Counted from the first letter of the whole stretch, positions 1 through 10,350 are shown. The stretch is DNA of 63,307 bases, filler included, from Catajapyx aquilonaris (GCA_000934665.2; 4 parts of 4 records of this genome joined end to end with filler, not necessarily neighbours in it); one strand, 5' to 3'. Numbers and translations: made by a program. Notes: generated by a model from the sequence alone, not told the origin.

Positions 1-399
1 TTTAAGGCAGTCTCTATGTGCCCATGGACTGAGTCGGCAAGCATATATGTATGCCCAGTAACTAAGTAACGAAGGGTTACTGACCGAGGGCCTTCAGCAT
101 TGAATGCACTAGGGGTAGCCCTTGGTGCTGGTGTGAATTGAACATTAATACACAATATAACATAAAAATAAAAATACTTACAATATCTCTGTACCATTGT
201 TGAGGAGGTGAGTAGCTGACAACTGTGAGGATAAGAGGTAGCGGCGGCTGGCTGGCTATACTGAATGATTGTGGTGAGGCTCTCACTGTCTTATTATTTT
301 ATGCTTTGCAATGGTCATCGCAATGTCAATTACTGCTTGTACAGTGTCATTGGTACAATTACTACATTAATTGCGTGTCATATGTAAGCATAGTATATT

Positions 400-1310
400 T
401 AATTAATTTCACTTAGCGCTCACATTCAACAATAGCTAATGGTCACTTTAAAAATTCATCAGCATGTAACGATTACGTAATGACCTAATTGTTATATCAC
501 TTAACACTCTCATGTAATGGTAATAAACTAATTGTTATATCACTTAACAGTAATTGATTTCACTTAACACTCATGTAACTGTCTGGTCTAATTGCTATTA
601 ATTAATGGACACATGTAACGGTCACTTTTCGGTTCTTGCAACGGTAACGCTCACTCTTCGAGTAATTATGACTCATCCACTTCCAATGATCGCAGGTAAC
701 GCTCATTTTCGGTCACTTTAATATACTCTGAAACAAATATTCGAGATGATGGTTGGAGTACTTGTTAACTCTCATTGCTATCAAGATGGTTATATTGTGT
801 ATTTTTTCTTAATCCACTTTGTCACCAAGAAACGAGTCAATAACGCTATTGATGGTTGATTTAGCGTCTCAGGAAACGGTGTCTCAAGCAACGTTATGGA
901 CGCTATGGACACGCGTCATACCGTTTGAATTAGCGTATGAACGTACGTTGACGTGCGTCATACCCATGTAGTGTCAAGTAGCGTTCCAATGATGGTTGAT
1001 GAACCCATCTCAATAAACGTTAATGGACGTTATTGACACGTGTCATACCTGTCATATCTGAATTATGGTATGGACATACGTTGACATGGTATGGATGTAC
1101 GCTTACAAGTGCCTCCAGCAGACTCGTTGTTACACAGAATGAAAGATGAGGTTATTTTCTTACTCTGTGTATGATTGGTGGTGACGTGATTTACCTGACA
1201 GCGTGACGTGAAACCGGTTTGGATGTCACAGTTGACGTGACAGTGTGACATGAATGAGGTTTGTCTGGCAGGTTCACTGTGGTGGGTATTGAAACCACAC
1301 ATTGTTCACA
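400..1310. repeat. Degenerate short-motif repeat region (CACTTAACA / CATGTAAC motifs, then ATGGAC / CGTCATACC / TGACGTG motifs)
   Basis: Recurrent imperfect copies such as ctaattgttatatcacttaaca (twice, ~485 and ~528) and acacgcgtcatacc / acacgtgtcatacc. Non-coding, lying just beyond the pPolB stop codon. Confidence 0.45.
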
Positions 1311-1331
1311 ATGTCTTTTTATTTCACACAT

Positions 1332-1592
1332 TTACATTAATGGGGAAACATTTTTATAATGGCCAATAGCACGGGTCAACCTCCCATCTGCCAGTATGTG
1401 GCGCTTATCATCAAAAGCATTCAAGGCAATTTTTTTAGTTGTAACAGTATGTACAGTGTGGTCCTTACTTCTAATTGCTGTCATGGAACAATACTCAGTG
1501 GTCTGATCCTCAAGTACTTTTTTATAGACATCAAGAGTCAGATGGGAGCGACTATTTTTTCCCACACCTTTTGCGGTAGTCTTGTAACTCAA
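1332..1592 (-). mobile_element. Polinton/Maverick-type protein-primed DNA polymerase B, C-terminal fragment, cut off by an LTR
   Basis: AKGV...IRSKDHTVHTV..KKIALNAFDDKRHILADG..TRAIGHY matches the characteristic pPolB C-terminus. Stop at 1332 is followed by AATAAA on the minus strand (~1318-1323). Homology ends at the LTR edge (1593). Confidence 0.85.
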
Positions 1593-2218
1593 TGTCAACC
1601 TGCGGTCAGGGGTCACCCTGACCCCGGCCACAAGTTAGGTTCTTTTGGCGTCTCTCGGGTTACCCAAGGAAGACAAAGACAGGTAGGGTCGTTTTCATGG
1701 TTTATTTCCTTCACGTTAGAATAACAGGACAAAGGGGCACAAGATTATGCTACCACATTAGCAGCTCTGACCTGTATGGCAGTGGGGGTGAGAGCCCACA
1801 TGGCTGTCCAGGTGTCCCGTGCGGATGGCTGTCCTGGGAGTAGGCGGGGTGGTCACCTCCCTCTGGATCTGCTCCGGCAGTGGAGTGGTGGCCAGAAGGG
1901 GCTTCTGCTTCAGGGCTCCTCCCTCGGGATCTGCTACGGTCGCCGCGGCTCGCACTCCTTTTATTCGGCCGGCTGGCCTCAATGTGTCAGAGTTGCTAAT
2001 GGGAGCTATCGTTTTACCGAAGTCATACTTCCTGATGGACCAAATATGGTCGCGCGCCTAACTGACGTCGGCCTCTCCCGTTTTGTTTACTCTAATTTTA
2101 CACCACAGGGCCGCGTCGTGACTTTGAAGGAGCCTAATGGCTACTTACTAAGTGGTTGTCAACAATCAATCCCCGCTAATGTTTCCGTTTATGTGTAGCG
2201 CGCGCCTGAAGGGCGACA
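1593..2218 (-). mobile_element. 3' LTR (~626 bp) of Gypsy-type element A
   Basis: On the minus strand it starts TGTCG (2218) 2 nt after a polypurine tract and ends TGACA (1593). Bases 1593-1810 are near-identical to 4880-5099, which abuts a PBS. Confidence 0.85.
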
Positions 2219-2220
2219 AA

Positions 2221-2232
2221 CGCTCCCCCTTA
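2221..2232 (-). other. Polypurine tract of element A
   Basis: Minus strand reads TAAGGGGGAGCG-tt-TGTCG. A homologous AAGGGGAAGCG occurs at 11706-11716. Confidence 0.75.
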
Positions 2233-2425
2233 AATTGAAGCTGGGCAATCCTGCTTCAATATCATACGGTCAGTATGATCTCGTACACATACACACATAT
2301 GCCCTTGCAAACTAAAGAATCAAATCACTAATGCACACGCTGGTGGGAACAGTCCGGAAGACATCCCTCTTTGATACTAACACTCTCTCTAGGTCACTAC
2401 GCTAGCACTTGCACACGCACAACCG

Positions 2426-2884
2426 TTAGTGCCAGGGATTGGGCGGCTGGACTGCCTGCACCTCCTGTCTCCATCCTTCAGGCAGTATTACTTCTACCTG
2501 ATTCTCCGCCGGGCGGATATGGATGGTGATGCAGCTGTTAGGGCCATAGACCACGTTGACCTGAGACATGCCGTGGATCCTTAGTGGCGGCGCCGGGCCG
2601 TAGTTCAGCATCGGGGCCCTTCGGATATGGTCCCACCCATCTGCGGCCGACATCCTTCTAGCCACCGGAGGGGAAGGTCCGGTGGAGGAAAAATCCAGGG
2701 CACTGTCTCCCCGGGCTCCATCCTCACGGCGGTCGTCCCAAGGCTCGAAGGAGCTGGTGGCGCCGCTGGTCACCGCTGCTGGGGGGCTTAGTTCGGGTCG
2801 TCCCAATGAAGGGGTGTCCCATCCGCTAGAAGCGGCGGCATCTTCTACGGCCGAGGCGCGAGCGGGTGTGGCACAGCATTCCAT
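2426..2884 (-). CDS. 152-aa accessory ORF of unknown function between env and the 3' LTR
   Basis: ATG-initiated open frame, with a TATA-like CTATATAG ~70 bp upstream (2954-2961). No recognisable domain. Confidence 0.4.
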   Translation of the reverse strand: MECCATPARASAVEDAAASSGWDTPSLGRPELSPPAAVTSGATSSFEPWDDRREDGARGDSALDFSSTGPSPPVARRMSAADGWDHIRRAPMLNYGPAPPLRIHGMSQVNVVYGPNSCITIHIRPAENQVEVILPEGWRQEVQAVQPPNPWH

Positions 2885-3326
2885 GGTAACTGGTTAGAGG
2901 CGTAGGTGGCAAAGGTCTCACTAGGAGTGACACAAGAGGGGCATCCACCCTCCCTATATAGCAACGCCTCAAAGGGGGGTATTTCTGGACGGGGAATAGT
3001 CAAACATAATAAAGAATTCTCACTTTAGGGGCACACTTCAGTCTTGGACACTGCTATGTTTCCCAAGGGCATGATTATCAGGACCCTCTTCCTTTCAAAA
3101 TCCTTACGTCTAAAATTGTCCGGCTCACTAATGTTTCCCATATACTAACATGTCACTCGAAAAGACAACAAACAACCCAAGAGGAAACTCTAAATTTTGG
3201 CATCCTTCCTTCTGGACGAAACAGGCAAAAATTGTCGGCGTAGGCCTCCGCCTCAATTTCCGTCTGGATCAGTCTCAGAGGAGCCTACCAAATCATCTGG
3301 CAGTCCAGAGATCACCAATTCTTCCC

Positions 3327-4045
3327 TCACTTGTTGACAGGTGGAGACATAAGACACGGGAATGTGCTAGGCTGTAACCACAATTCACTCGTTTTCACAT
3401 AATCATGATCATTTTCTCCTAATCCAGTTGTGACTTCATTCATTTCATGCATGATTTCGGTCAACGGAATTTCCGTTTCCGTTTCGGATACCTTCTGAAT
3501 TAAAGTAGTTCCAATTTCACCCTTATCTGACCACTTCTTGTCCATTACTAATTTTATCCTAGCCTTCTCCAAATCACTTAACATGGAGAATATTGAGGGT
3601 AGGAAAATAGATCCCTTTTGACAATTTCTCTATGACGTTTCCATGTATATAGCGTTTGATTCGAAAATTGGTGTGGATGGCCATGCATTTCGGGGGTAAG
3701 GTAAATAGTCCGGCTCCACTGAGCTCTATTTGGGTGTCATTTACCGGCAATCGACATTGCAAATTTAACGTTAGTTTTTTCGGCACGTTATAAGCCCAGA
3801 GACCCTCAGCATTTATCAGTTCAAATCTAGGTAAAGTATGGGGCAAAATCACCTTGTTACAATAATTTGGGCTTGCATCATATCCGGTCAGTATTGAGTA
3901 CGTACAGGACAGACTAGGCCTGGTGTATTCAGGGCGCTGGAAGTGACATAAGGTGATATCAGCATCGGATTCGCACTCATTTAATTCGGAATTATCCAGC
4001 TCTAAAAAGGTTTGCTGATCTTTAGAAATGGCTAGGTAGGGTTTC
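3327..4045 (-). pseudogene. Envelope (baculovirus F / errantivirus Env-like) C-terminal fragment, frameshifted
   Basis: Manual translation upstream of ORF 3574..3852 gives YLAISKDQQTFLELDNSELNEC...LC...SC...YC. It continues into GLWAYNVP...LQC...IELSGAGLFTLPPKC, the Cys pattern of F-like Env. Frameshift near 3580. Confidence 0.7.
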
Positions 4046-4768
4046 TCGCGTTTCCTGTCCTCGCGCCACTTCCTCCGCCTCCGACAGGGTTTTGGGTCCT
4101 TTTAGGGAAATCATCAGTCGTGCCTTTTCGGATAATAATCCCTCCTTGAATTGAGTGAGGATTTGCACGTCCAATAATTCATTGGGTTCTACTATCCCGC
4201 TGGCACTGGCTAGTTCCCGGCGTAAATTTTGCAACCGCGTACTAAAATGTGCGATACTTTCTCGCGGGTCTTGTACTAAATAGCGCAATTCCTGCATTAA
4301 TTCAGCCATGTCACGCTTCGGGGTGAATCGACCCTTCAGAGCTTCCTTGAAAGCGTCCCAATCGGTAGTATTTCTTATAGCATCGTTTAATTGTACGAAA
4401 TTCGCAGCATGCCCCCGGAGTTTCAGAAGTGAGCATTTTATTTTTTCCCCATCCGTCCAGTTACTCAAACTTCCGGCCTGATCAATGTATTCCAAGAATT
4501 CGGTTATCCCAATTTCACCAACACCAGTGAATACTGGTACCGAAGTGAGGAAACCTGCCGATACCCGCGCTTGTTCGGCCATATTATCTGAATGTTCTGG
4601 TACTGTTGGGTATAATAATTCTCGCAAAATTAAATTTTCTTCCCGTAGCTGGAACACCTCTTGCTCAATACGCTCTAATCCGTCGTCATCCGATTCTTCT
4701 TCTAATATGTCCCGAATTACCTGATCGCAATTTGCACGCAATTCATCAAATCGCTCTTTATCAGCCAT
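4022..4768 (-). CDS. Gypsy-type Gag (N-terminal coiled coil plus capsid domain), C-terminally truncated
   Basis: VPVFTG..EFL..I......W...EK...LKLRG.A...W..FKEALK.RF...Q...ESI..F..RL...QFKEGL...PKTL.EA capsid motifs. Starts ~90 bp downstream of the PBS. Confidence 0.9.
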   Translation of the reverse strand: MADKERFDELRANCDQVIRDILEEESDDDGLERIEQEVFQLREENLILRELLYPTVPEHSDNMAEQARVSAGFLTSVPVFTGVGEIGITEFLEYIDQAGSLSNWTDGEKIKCSLLKLRGHAANFVQLNDAIRNTTDWDAFKEALKGRFTPKRDMAELMQELRYLVQDPRESIAHFSTRLQNLRRELASASGIVEPNELLDVQILTQFKEGLLSEKARLMISLKGPKTLSEAEEVARGQETRETLPSHF

Positions 4769-4859
4769 TAACCGTCGCGTTATGGACCTCAGTACCCAAA
4801 TGACCCATTGTTGGGCTTCCCTAGGACCAGAGAGACGCTATGACCTTTGACCTAAGGTC

Positions 4860-4877
4860 ATCCTACCGGCTGCGCCA
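4860..4877 (-). other. Primer-binding site, tRNA-Ser
   Basis: Minus strand TGGCGCAGCCGGTAGGAT lies 2 nt after the LTR-terminal TGACA. Plus strand ATCCTACCGGCTGCG-CCA is the 3' end of an insect-type tRNA-Ser, recalled from memory. Confidence 0.8.
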
Positions 4878-4879
4878 AT

Positions 4880-5099
4880 TGTCAACCTGCGGTCAGGGGT
4901 CAGGGGTCACCCTGACCCCGGCCACAAGTTAGGTTCTTTTGGCGTCTCTCGGGTTACCCAGACAAAGACAGGTAGGGTCGTTTTCATGGTTCATTTCCTT
5001 CACGTTAGAATAACAGGACAAAGGGTCACAAGATTATGCTACCACATTAGCAGCTCTGACCTGTATGGCAGTGGGGGTGAGAGCCCACATGGCTGTCCA
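4880..5099 (-). mobile_element. Truncated 5' LTR (U5 side only) of element A
   Basis: Near-identical to 1593-1810, with two small indels and a few substitutions. Similarity stops abruptly after TGGCTGTCCA. Confidence 0.85.
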
Positions 5100-5378
5100 C
5101 CTTCTGGGCCGTCAGCTGGGGTAGGCGGTGACTTCTGGATGGCTGACCGGGGTGCTTATCGGATGAGTCCTCCTGGTCTGCTTGGCTCCTCCTTCCCTCT
5201 CCTTCCGACTCCCATGGGTGTGTCTATGGTTGGTAACAGGTGCTCGGCGTATCACGGGAGTGGATGGTGCTTGGGATGGCACTGCAGCTTGGTTGGTTGG
5301 TCACCTCGTCGCAGACACCTTCCTTAGAGGATGCGACATGTGGTATTGGTAATGGTTGGCGGATGGTAGGATTATCAC

Positions 5379-5498
5379 TGTAGCGACCTGACATGCGAAC
5401 GACAGAAGGTTCTTCTGGGCGAGTCCCGGCCTTTCCCTCTCAGCAGCATGTCTATATCGAACCTCCTTCCTCTGCTCCCTTAAGAAGTCTCTCAAGTT
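5379..5498 (-). pseudogene. Isolated receptor tyrosine kinase fragment (subdomain V to VIa with short insert, FGFR/Ret-like)
   Basis: NLRDFLREQR...GLAQKNLLSFACQVAT resembles GNLR(D/E)FLR...L..KDL(L/V)SFA.QVA.GM. No other kinase motifs are nearby. Confidence 0.55.
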
Positions 5499-5859
5499 AA
5501 GCATCCCAAAAAACAGTGGAAGCAAAGAAAAGAACAATATTGATCTTCCAATATAACAGAAAATAAGTAATTGGAACACCCTCATAAACAAGTTGCACAC
5601 AACTCAACGACACTGCGACAGGATGAACTGGCATGATTACAATCAGAGTCATGTTGTCAGGTGTAAGAGAGTATTGGGTTACTAAATGTTCAGGAACTGG
5701 CTGTACCCCTTCCATCCTCTCCATGATAAACTCGTCCGGGTATTGTTCCCCAAACAAATGCACTGCTGCTGTGTCAGTGTCTTGCGTTGGTACACAATGC
5801 TCACTGCTCCACTCTAGTAGGGCTGATAGCTCTGCGTCGAGATACTCCTCGTCAGTCAT
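5497..5859 (-). CDS. 120-aa acidic ORF of unknown origin
   Basis: ATG-initiated ORF MTDEEYLDAELSALLEW..., protein-like composition, no recognised domain. Confidence 0.25.
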   Translation of the reverse strand: MTDEEYLDAELSALLEWSSEHCVPTQDTDTAAVHLFGEQYPDEFIMERMEGVQPVPEHLVTQYSLTPDNMTLIVIMPVHPVAVSLSCVQLVYEGVPITYFLLYWKINIVLFFASTVFWDA

Positions 5860-6971
5860 GGTGATCTTGTGCTACTGTCGAACCTACGCAGGTACTGGTT
5901 CGAATATAAGTTGGAAGGACGTAAAGTGTGGGTATGGTTAATGCGTGTATGTCTGCAGGTCAGGTCAGACCGTTTTGGCTGGCAAACCAGTAATGGACCT
6001 GCATGCTCGTGTATAGCAACGAATTTTTCTTCTTGTGCACATCGCGGAGTTTGTCCTGGACGCCGTGTGGAGTAGGCCTGTACCCACCATAATCTTCTCG
6101 CAGGGATGGAGAGAAACTAAAATGATGATCGAGTTTCTCAGAGGCCAGAAGTTCAATTCAGGTTTTGGGGTACTTCCTTGTGTGTAATTATTTTTCACTA
6201 CATAGTAGGCCCTACTTTGGAGTTTGGAAAGTAATAAATAGCTATGCCATCCATTAACCCCTTCATTTTCCATATGACAGAATACACATAATTTTACAAA
6301 TCACCCAAATTTTTATTACATTACACTGTTAGTCTTTTGTTTGAATGCATACTTAACGTTTCCAAGTGCACTTTGTAACAGGGGCCTTTGCTGTGGTTGG
6401 GACAAAAACTCTCTGAATTGGGAGCAAGTCATGTCATAATTTAATTTTCTGCATAATTCTGCTTTCGCTAGATCTAAATATAGGTTTAAAACCGAGCACT
6501 TTAAACCTCGATTTAGATGTCACTGGCTCCAAAGGGCGCCTGTGAATAAACAAATAATTGAATGAATGAATCAAATTCAAAATTAACCGATATCTTACAT
6601 TTTACCCCTCCTGCTCGGCTTCCTCCGCCTCAGCGGGCTCCTGCTCCCCCTGGCCCTCCTCCTCTTCCGCCTGCCTGACGTCTCTTACCAGGCGCATATA
6701 TTTCAACCATGTCTCCACGACCCCCGAGATGTACCCCAGCCGAAGGAAATGCATGTCTGCAATATACAGTAATAATAGCATGTTACCTCAAACAAAGTGC
6801 TCGACACCCCTCTTTTAGCAGCATATTTGCCCTTCTTGTCATGCAGACCAAACCTGATGCTGTCACCGGGGTATTCCCGAGGGCCTCGGCTGGGGGAGTG
6901 GGGTCGGGCCCTTGGTTGTCCCACACAGTCTGGACGGGCAGCCCGTACTGCTCCCTGGGCTGTCCAGTACG

Positions 6972-7541
6972 CTATCCCACTTGCGCTAGCTAGCTCCCTG
7001 CGCACTTTTTGTAAACGCATACAAAAATGAGCAGTGCTTTCTCGCGGGTCCTGGACCAGGTGACGCAGATCTTGCATTAAATCCGATACCTCTCGTCGAA
7101 TAGTAAGTCTATTTTTTTAGCGCCTCATCGAAGACTGTCCAATCAGTGGCACTTTTCAGGTCATCATTAACGTTTACGAAATTTGCAACTTCGCCCCGCA
7201 ATTTAAGCAAGGGGCATTTTATTTCTTCTATATCCCCCCAATTACTCAGGCTTCCTGCTTGTTCGATATACCCTGGGAATTGGGACATCCCGACATCTCC
7301 TTCGCCTGTGTAGATAGGTACGGACATAAGCAATCCCACTGATATTCGTACCGGGTCAGTCATTTTGTTCGTCGGTTGTGGGGCCGAATTTTGCAATAAA
7401 TCTTGTAGAGCTAAGTTCTGCTAAGTAATTCGAATACCTTTTGTTCAACTCGGAGTAATTCGTCTTCTGATTCCTCCGCTAATATGTCGATAATTATTTT
7501 ATCGCAGCTAGCTTTTAGTTCCTTAAACACATCACTCGTGT
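6972..7541 (-). pseudogene. Decayed Gag of related Gypsy element B
   Basis: FKELKASCDKIIIDILAEES... and VPIYTGEG...IEQAGSLSNW...LKLRG...MQDLRHLVQDPRES...RELASASGI align along the Gag at 4022..4768. Start codon lost, frameshifts near 7420 and 7110, truncated after ASASGI. Confidence 0.85.
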
Positions 7542-7618
7542 CCACACACTTGACCTGTACAGCCCGTATTCGAAATTCCAAGCGCCCGGTGGGACGTTAT
7601 GACCTTTGACCTAAGGTC

Positions 7619-7642
7619 ATCCTCTTCGAGAAGCCAATGTCA
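7619..7642 (-). other. PBS and 5' LTR edge of element B
   Basis: Minus strand ...TTGACA-T-TGGCTTCTCGAAGAGGAT, followed by the same 22-nt leader motif as element A. Confidence 0.65.
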
Positions 7643-7834
7643 ATCCATAGAATTGCTGTCGTCTGCTGCCTTAAGGATTCTTACGGTGCTCTGACACGGG
7701 TGGTCCGCCCCTGTGCGGACCACGATGAAAGGGACTTAGAGTGATGATATAGGCCCTATGTGGGGCCCGGGGTTTAAGGACCTACATGGTCTGGAATAAC
7801 CCCGTTAATATCTGACTAAGGTGCTCTGACACCG

Positions 7835-8953
7835 TGATTTTGTCAGCCCAGATTTTCTCGCAGAGGCTCTGAAAGTCGTCCAAGCCGTTTTGTGGGCCAG
7901 GACCAGCAGGTCGGACACTGCGCTGACACTGCCAGGATTCTGCAAACACCCAAAAATGTCCAATTTTCAAAACTTCAACACTAGGTTTTGGGGAAAAAAT
8001 AGGCTCACCGTGTCACCCGTGAATGCATATGTTCCAGTAGCATTTATTGATGCTTTCTTAACTTGACTCCCGTTTAGCTCGTTGTTGTTCAGAGTTCCGT
8101 ACAGGAAGAGCACGTTTATGGGAAACTGGCCTGCTCCGGTGGGCTTCAGAAATTCTATGGGAACTAAATGCGAATTCTTGTTGACTATCAGAGCGTCTGG
8201 AATGTTTGCATTTGGTTCCCATGTTTGGTGTAAATTGTGCGTGAAAAAGGTGCATAGAAAAAGGTGAAAGTGCTGGATGCCCCACAAGAAGCATAATTAT
8301 TATTAGTAACAATAAATCCAATGCTTTGGACACTAAAAGTGCAGTTTTCCTTGAATCAGCAGTCTCAGTGGTCTAAAAGTGGGTTAGGTAGCCATGATAT
8401 ACATACATACATACAAATTTTCTGCTTTATATACCGATAATATAGACATAGTTTATCTTTATCTGGTTTGATTTTGAACTGGCCAGTATGAGCCAACAGG
8501 CTTGTACCGCTTTGTTTTGAGTTCTGTTGCCTTTTATAGGGCCTTTCGTCCCCAGGTCAGAGTCGCTTCTGTCCCTGCTCCAGTTACGTGGATCGTACCT
8601 TGGTCTTATCCAAATAGGGCCTCGCCTATCGGGTGGCAGCCTGTTCTCGCGTTTTACTCGAGGGACTACTTTAACTTGGCTGCTCTCAGTGGCAATGGCT
8701 TTTAGCCGAAACAGTGGAAACAACAGGAAATTCCCAATAACTAGGTCTACTGGTTTCTATTTCTGAAACGGCCTCGGCGTGTGACTATGATTTTGTCGGC
8801 CAAGATTCTCTGGCAGAGCCTCTTGAAGTCGTTCAAGCCGTCGTTTTTGTGGGCCAGGACCAGCAGGTCGGACACTACGCTGACCCTGCCAGGATTCTGC
8901 AAACACGCAAAATTTCCCATACTTCAAAACTTCAACACTAATGTATTGGGGAA
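7835..8953. repeat. Diverged ~160-bp direct repeat (7835-7995 and 8788-8953)
   Basis: Shared core gtgggccaggaccagcaggtcggacact.cgctgac.ctgccaggattctgcaaacac...ttcaaaacttcaacacta. Confidence 0.85.
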
Positions 8954-10069
8954 TTTTCGGCTCTCTGCTATGGCTGTGTTGCGAGAAATCACTCCCGGAT
9001 CGAGGCAAGAGAGATGTCGTGTAGCCTAACACGCCGATTTGGCCACCCTGGGGATCTTTAATGTGCACTCACTGCACACGGGACCGACGGCCCACTCTCA
9101 CTTTCGAAGCTTACCAAAGGTAGATCAGAACGAATGAAGCCAAGAGAGACAGGCGCGCTAGCAACGACCGTACCTCCTGACTACCTCGTTATAATTATTG
9201 TATTTATTTATTTCCAAGCAACACACCACGTAAATGACAATCCCCTGGTTGAAACCATGGTGGAAAGTGGCCGGACAACACAATCCTGTCCTAATGGGAT
9301 CATAATAACAGGCCGCCAGAGCTGAAAGCCTGCAATGTCCACTACAACCCTGATCTAGGTCTAGGTGGCGATCACACCAGATGGGGAGGACCCGTTCTTT
9401 TTCAAGAACCATAGTGTACATGTCCCAGCATAATGGCGTTACGGGGGCCGTATGGGAAGGAAGGACTGTCCTATAACCCGTTTGATGCGGACTTAAGTAC
9501 TGTAGCTGTAACTACTATAATTTTTGAACTCTCACGACATCAGTCGGCGACAATACGAGAAGACCCTGGTCTTGGAAGTATTCAGTTGCAACGGTAAAGT
9601 AATCGATTTTCAATTGACTTAATAATAACTGAGTTTTTAAACTGATAAAATTAACTGTTGGGACTCTATCTTGATGAAAATGAGCCGTCTCAACTGACCC
9701 ACCCCCGGCCAGGACAAGATGACCTGGGGAATGGACACCCAATTGCTGGTAGAGTGAATCGGCGTTGGAACCTTAACTGGAGTCGGGCCTTAGCCCCAAA
9801 TAACGATAAAACATATCGAACATTTGACTAAGCCAGTATGATCTCGTACACATACACATGCCCTGCGGTCTCAGCAACTAGTGGTCCTAGCCCCAACTCG
9901 TGCAGGCTGCTCTGCACATGTGCTGGGTGCATGGTGTAAATGTGGCTTAACCTCCTCAGACCCCAGACTCTAATTAGACAACCAGCACTTCAAATATGTG
10001 ATGTATTACCAACAGTAGCATCAAGAAACCCTCCGAAATGTTTGAAAAAATTATGCAGCATGTAGATTG

Positions 10070-10350
10070 TTAAGTATGCAACGTCTCATATGTGATACCT
10101 TGGGTCTCCATCGCAACAATTCCTCTGGCCTGAAAATATTTCATGAATGGAAAGTTATCTAGTAATTTAGCAAATTTGTTCCATCAATTTTTATTGGCCA
10201 TTATGATAATCCCTGTAGCAGTTCCTGTTCCCATTAAAACAAAGAAACACCTTGCATGTTGAACACCTGACAAAAGTCAGCTGGCCACAACCTGGCCGTC
10301 GGCACTTAGATCGGCTTTGCTGCTCCTTGACCATCTCAGGCATATGTGCA
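10070..10350 (-). mobile_element. piggyBac-like transposon 3' end: transposase Cys-rich domain and probable subterminal sequence
   Basis: HMPE...KCRRPGCGQLTFVRCSTCKVFLCFNGNRNCYRDYH is the C-terminal CRD pattern of piggyBac/PGBD transposases. A TTAA at 10070-10073 precedes a terminus-like sequence. Confidence 0.8.

Noticed and set aside
400..1310. CRISPR-like array
   Set aside because: Repeats are irregular and degenerate, lack constant spacers, and the context is eukaryotic with no cas genes.
1593..1810. Short 218-bp TG...CA LTR pair defined only by the shared block
   Set aside because: No PPT at 1811 and no TSD. The real PPT/TG junction is at 2218-2232, so the 5' LTR is truncated instead.
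5120..5140. GGDFW peptide and an 18-nt similarity shared with ORF 12404..12982
   Set aside because: Opposite strands and no extension on either side, so most likely chance.
9040..9110. SINE-core-like GGGGATCTTTAATGTGCAC motif
   Set aside because: Too short, with no head or tail found. Family and orientation cannot be supported.
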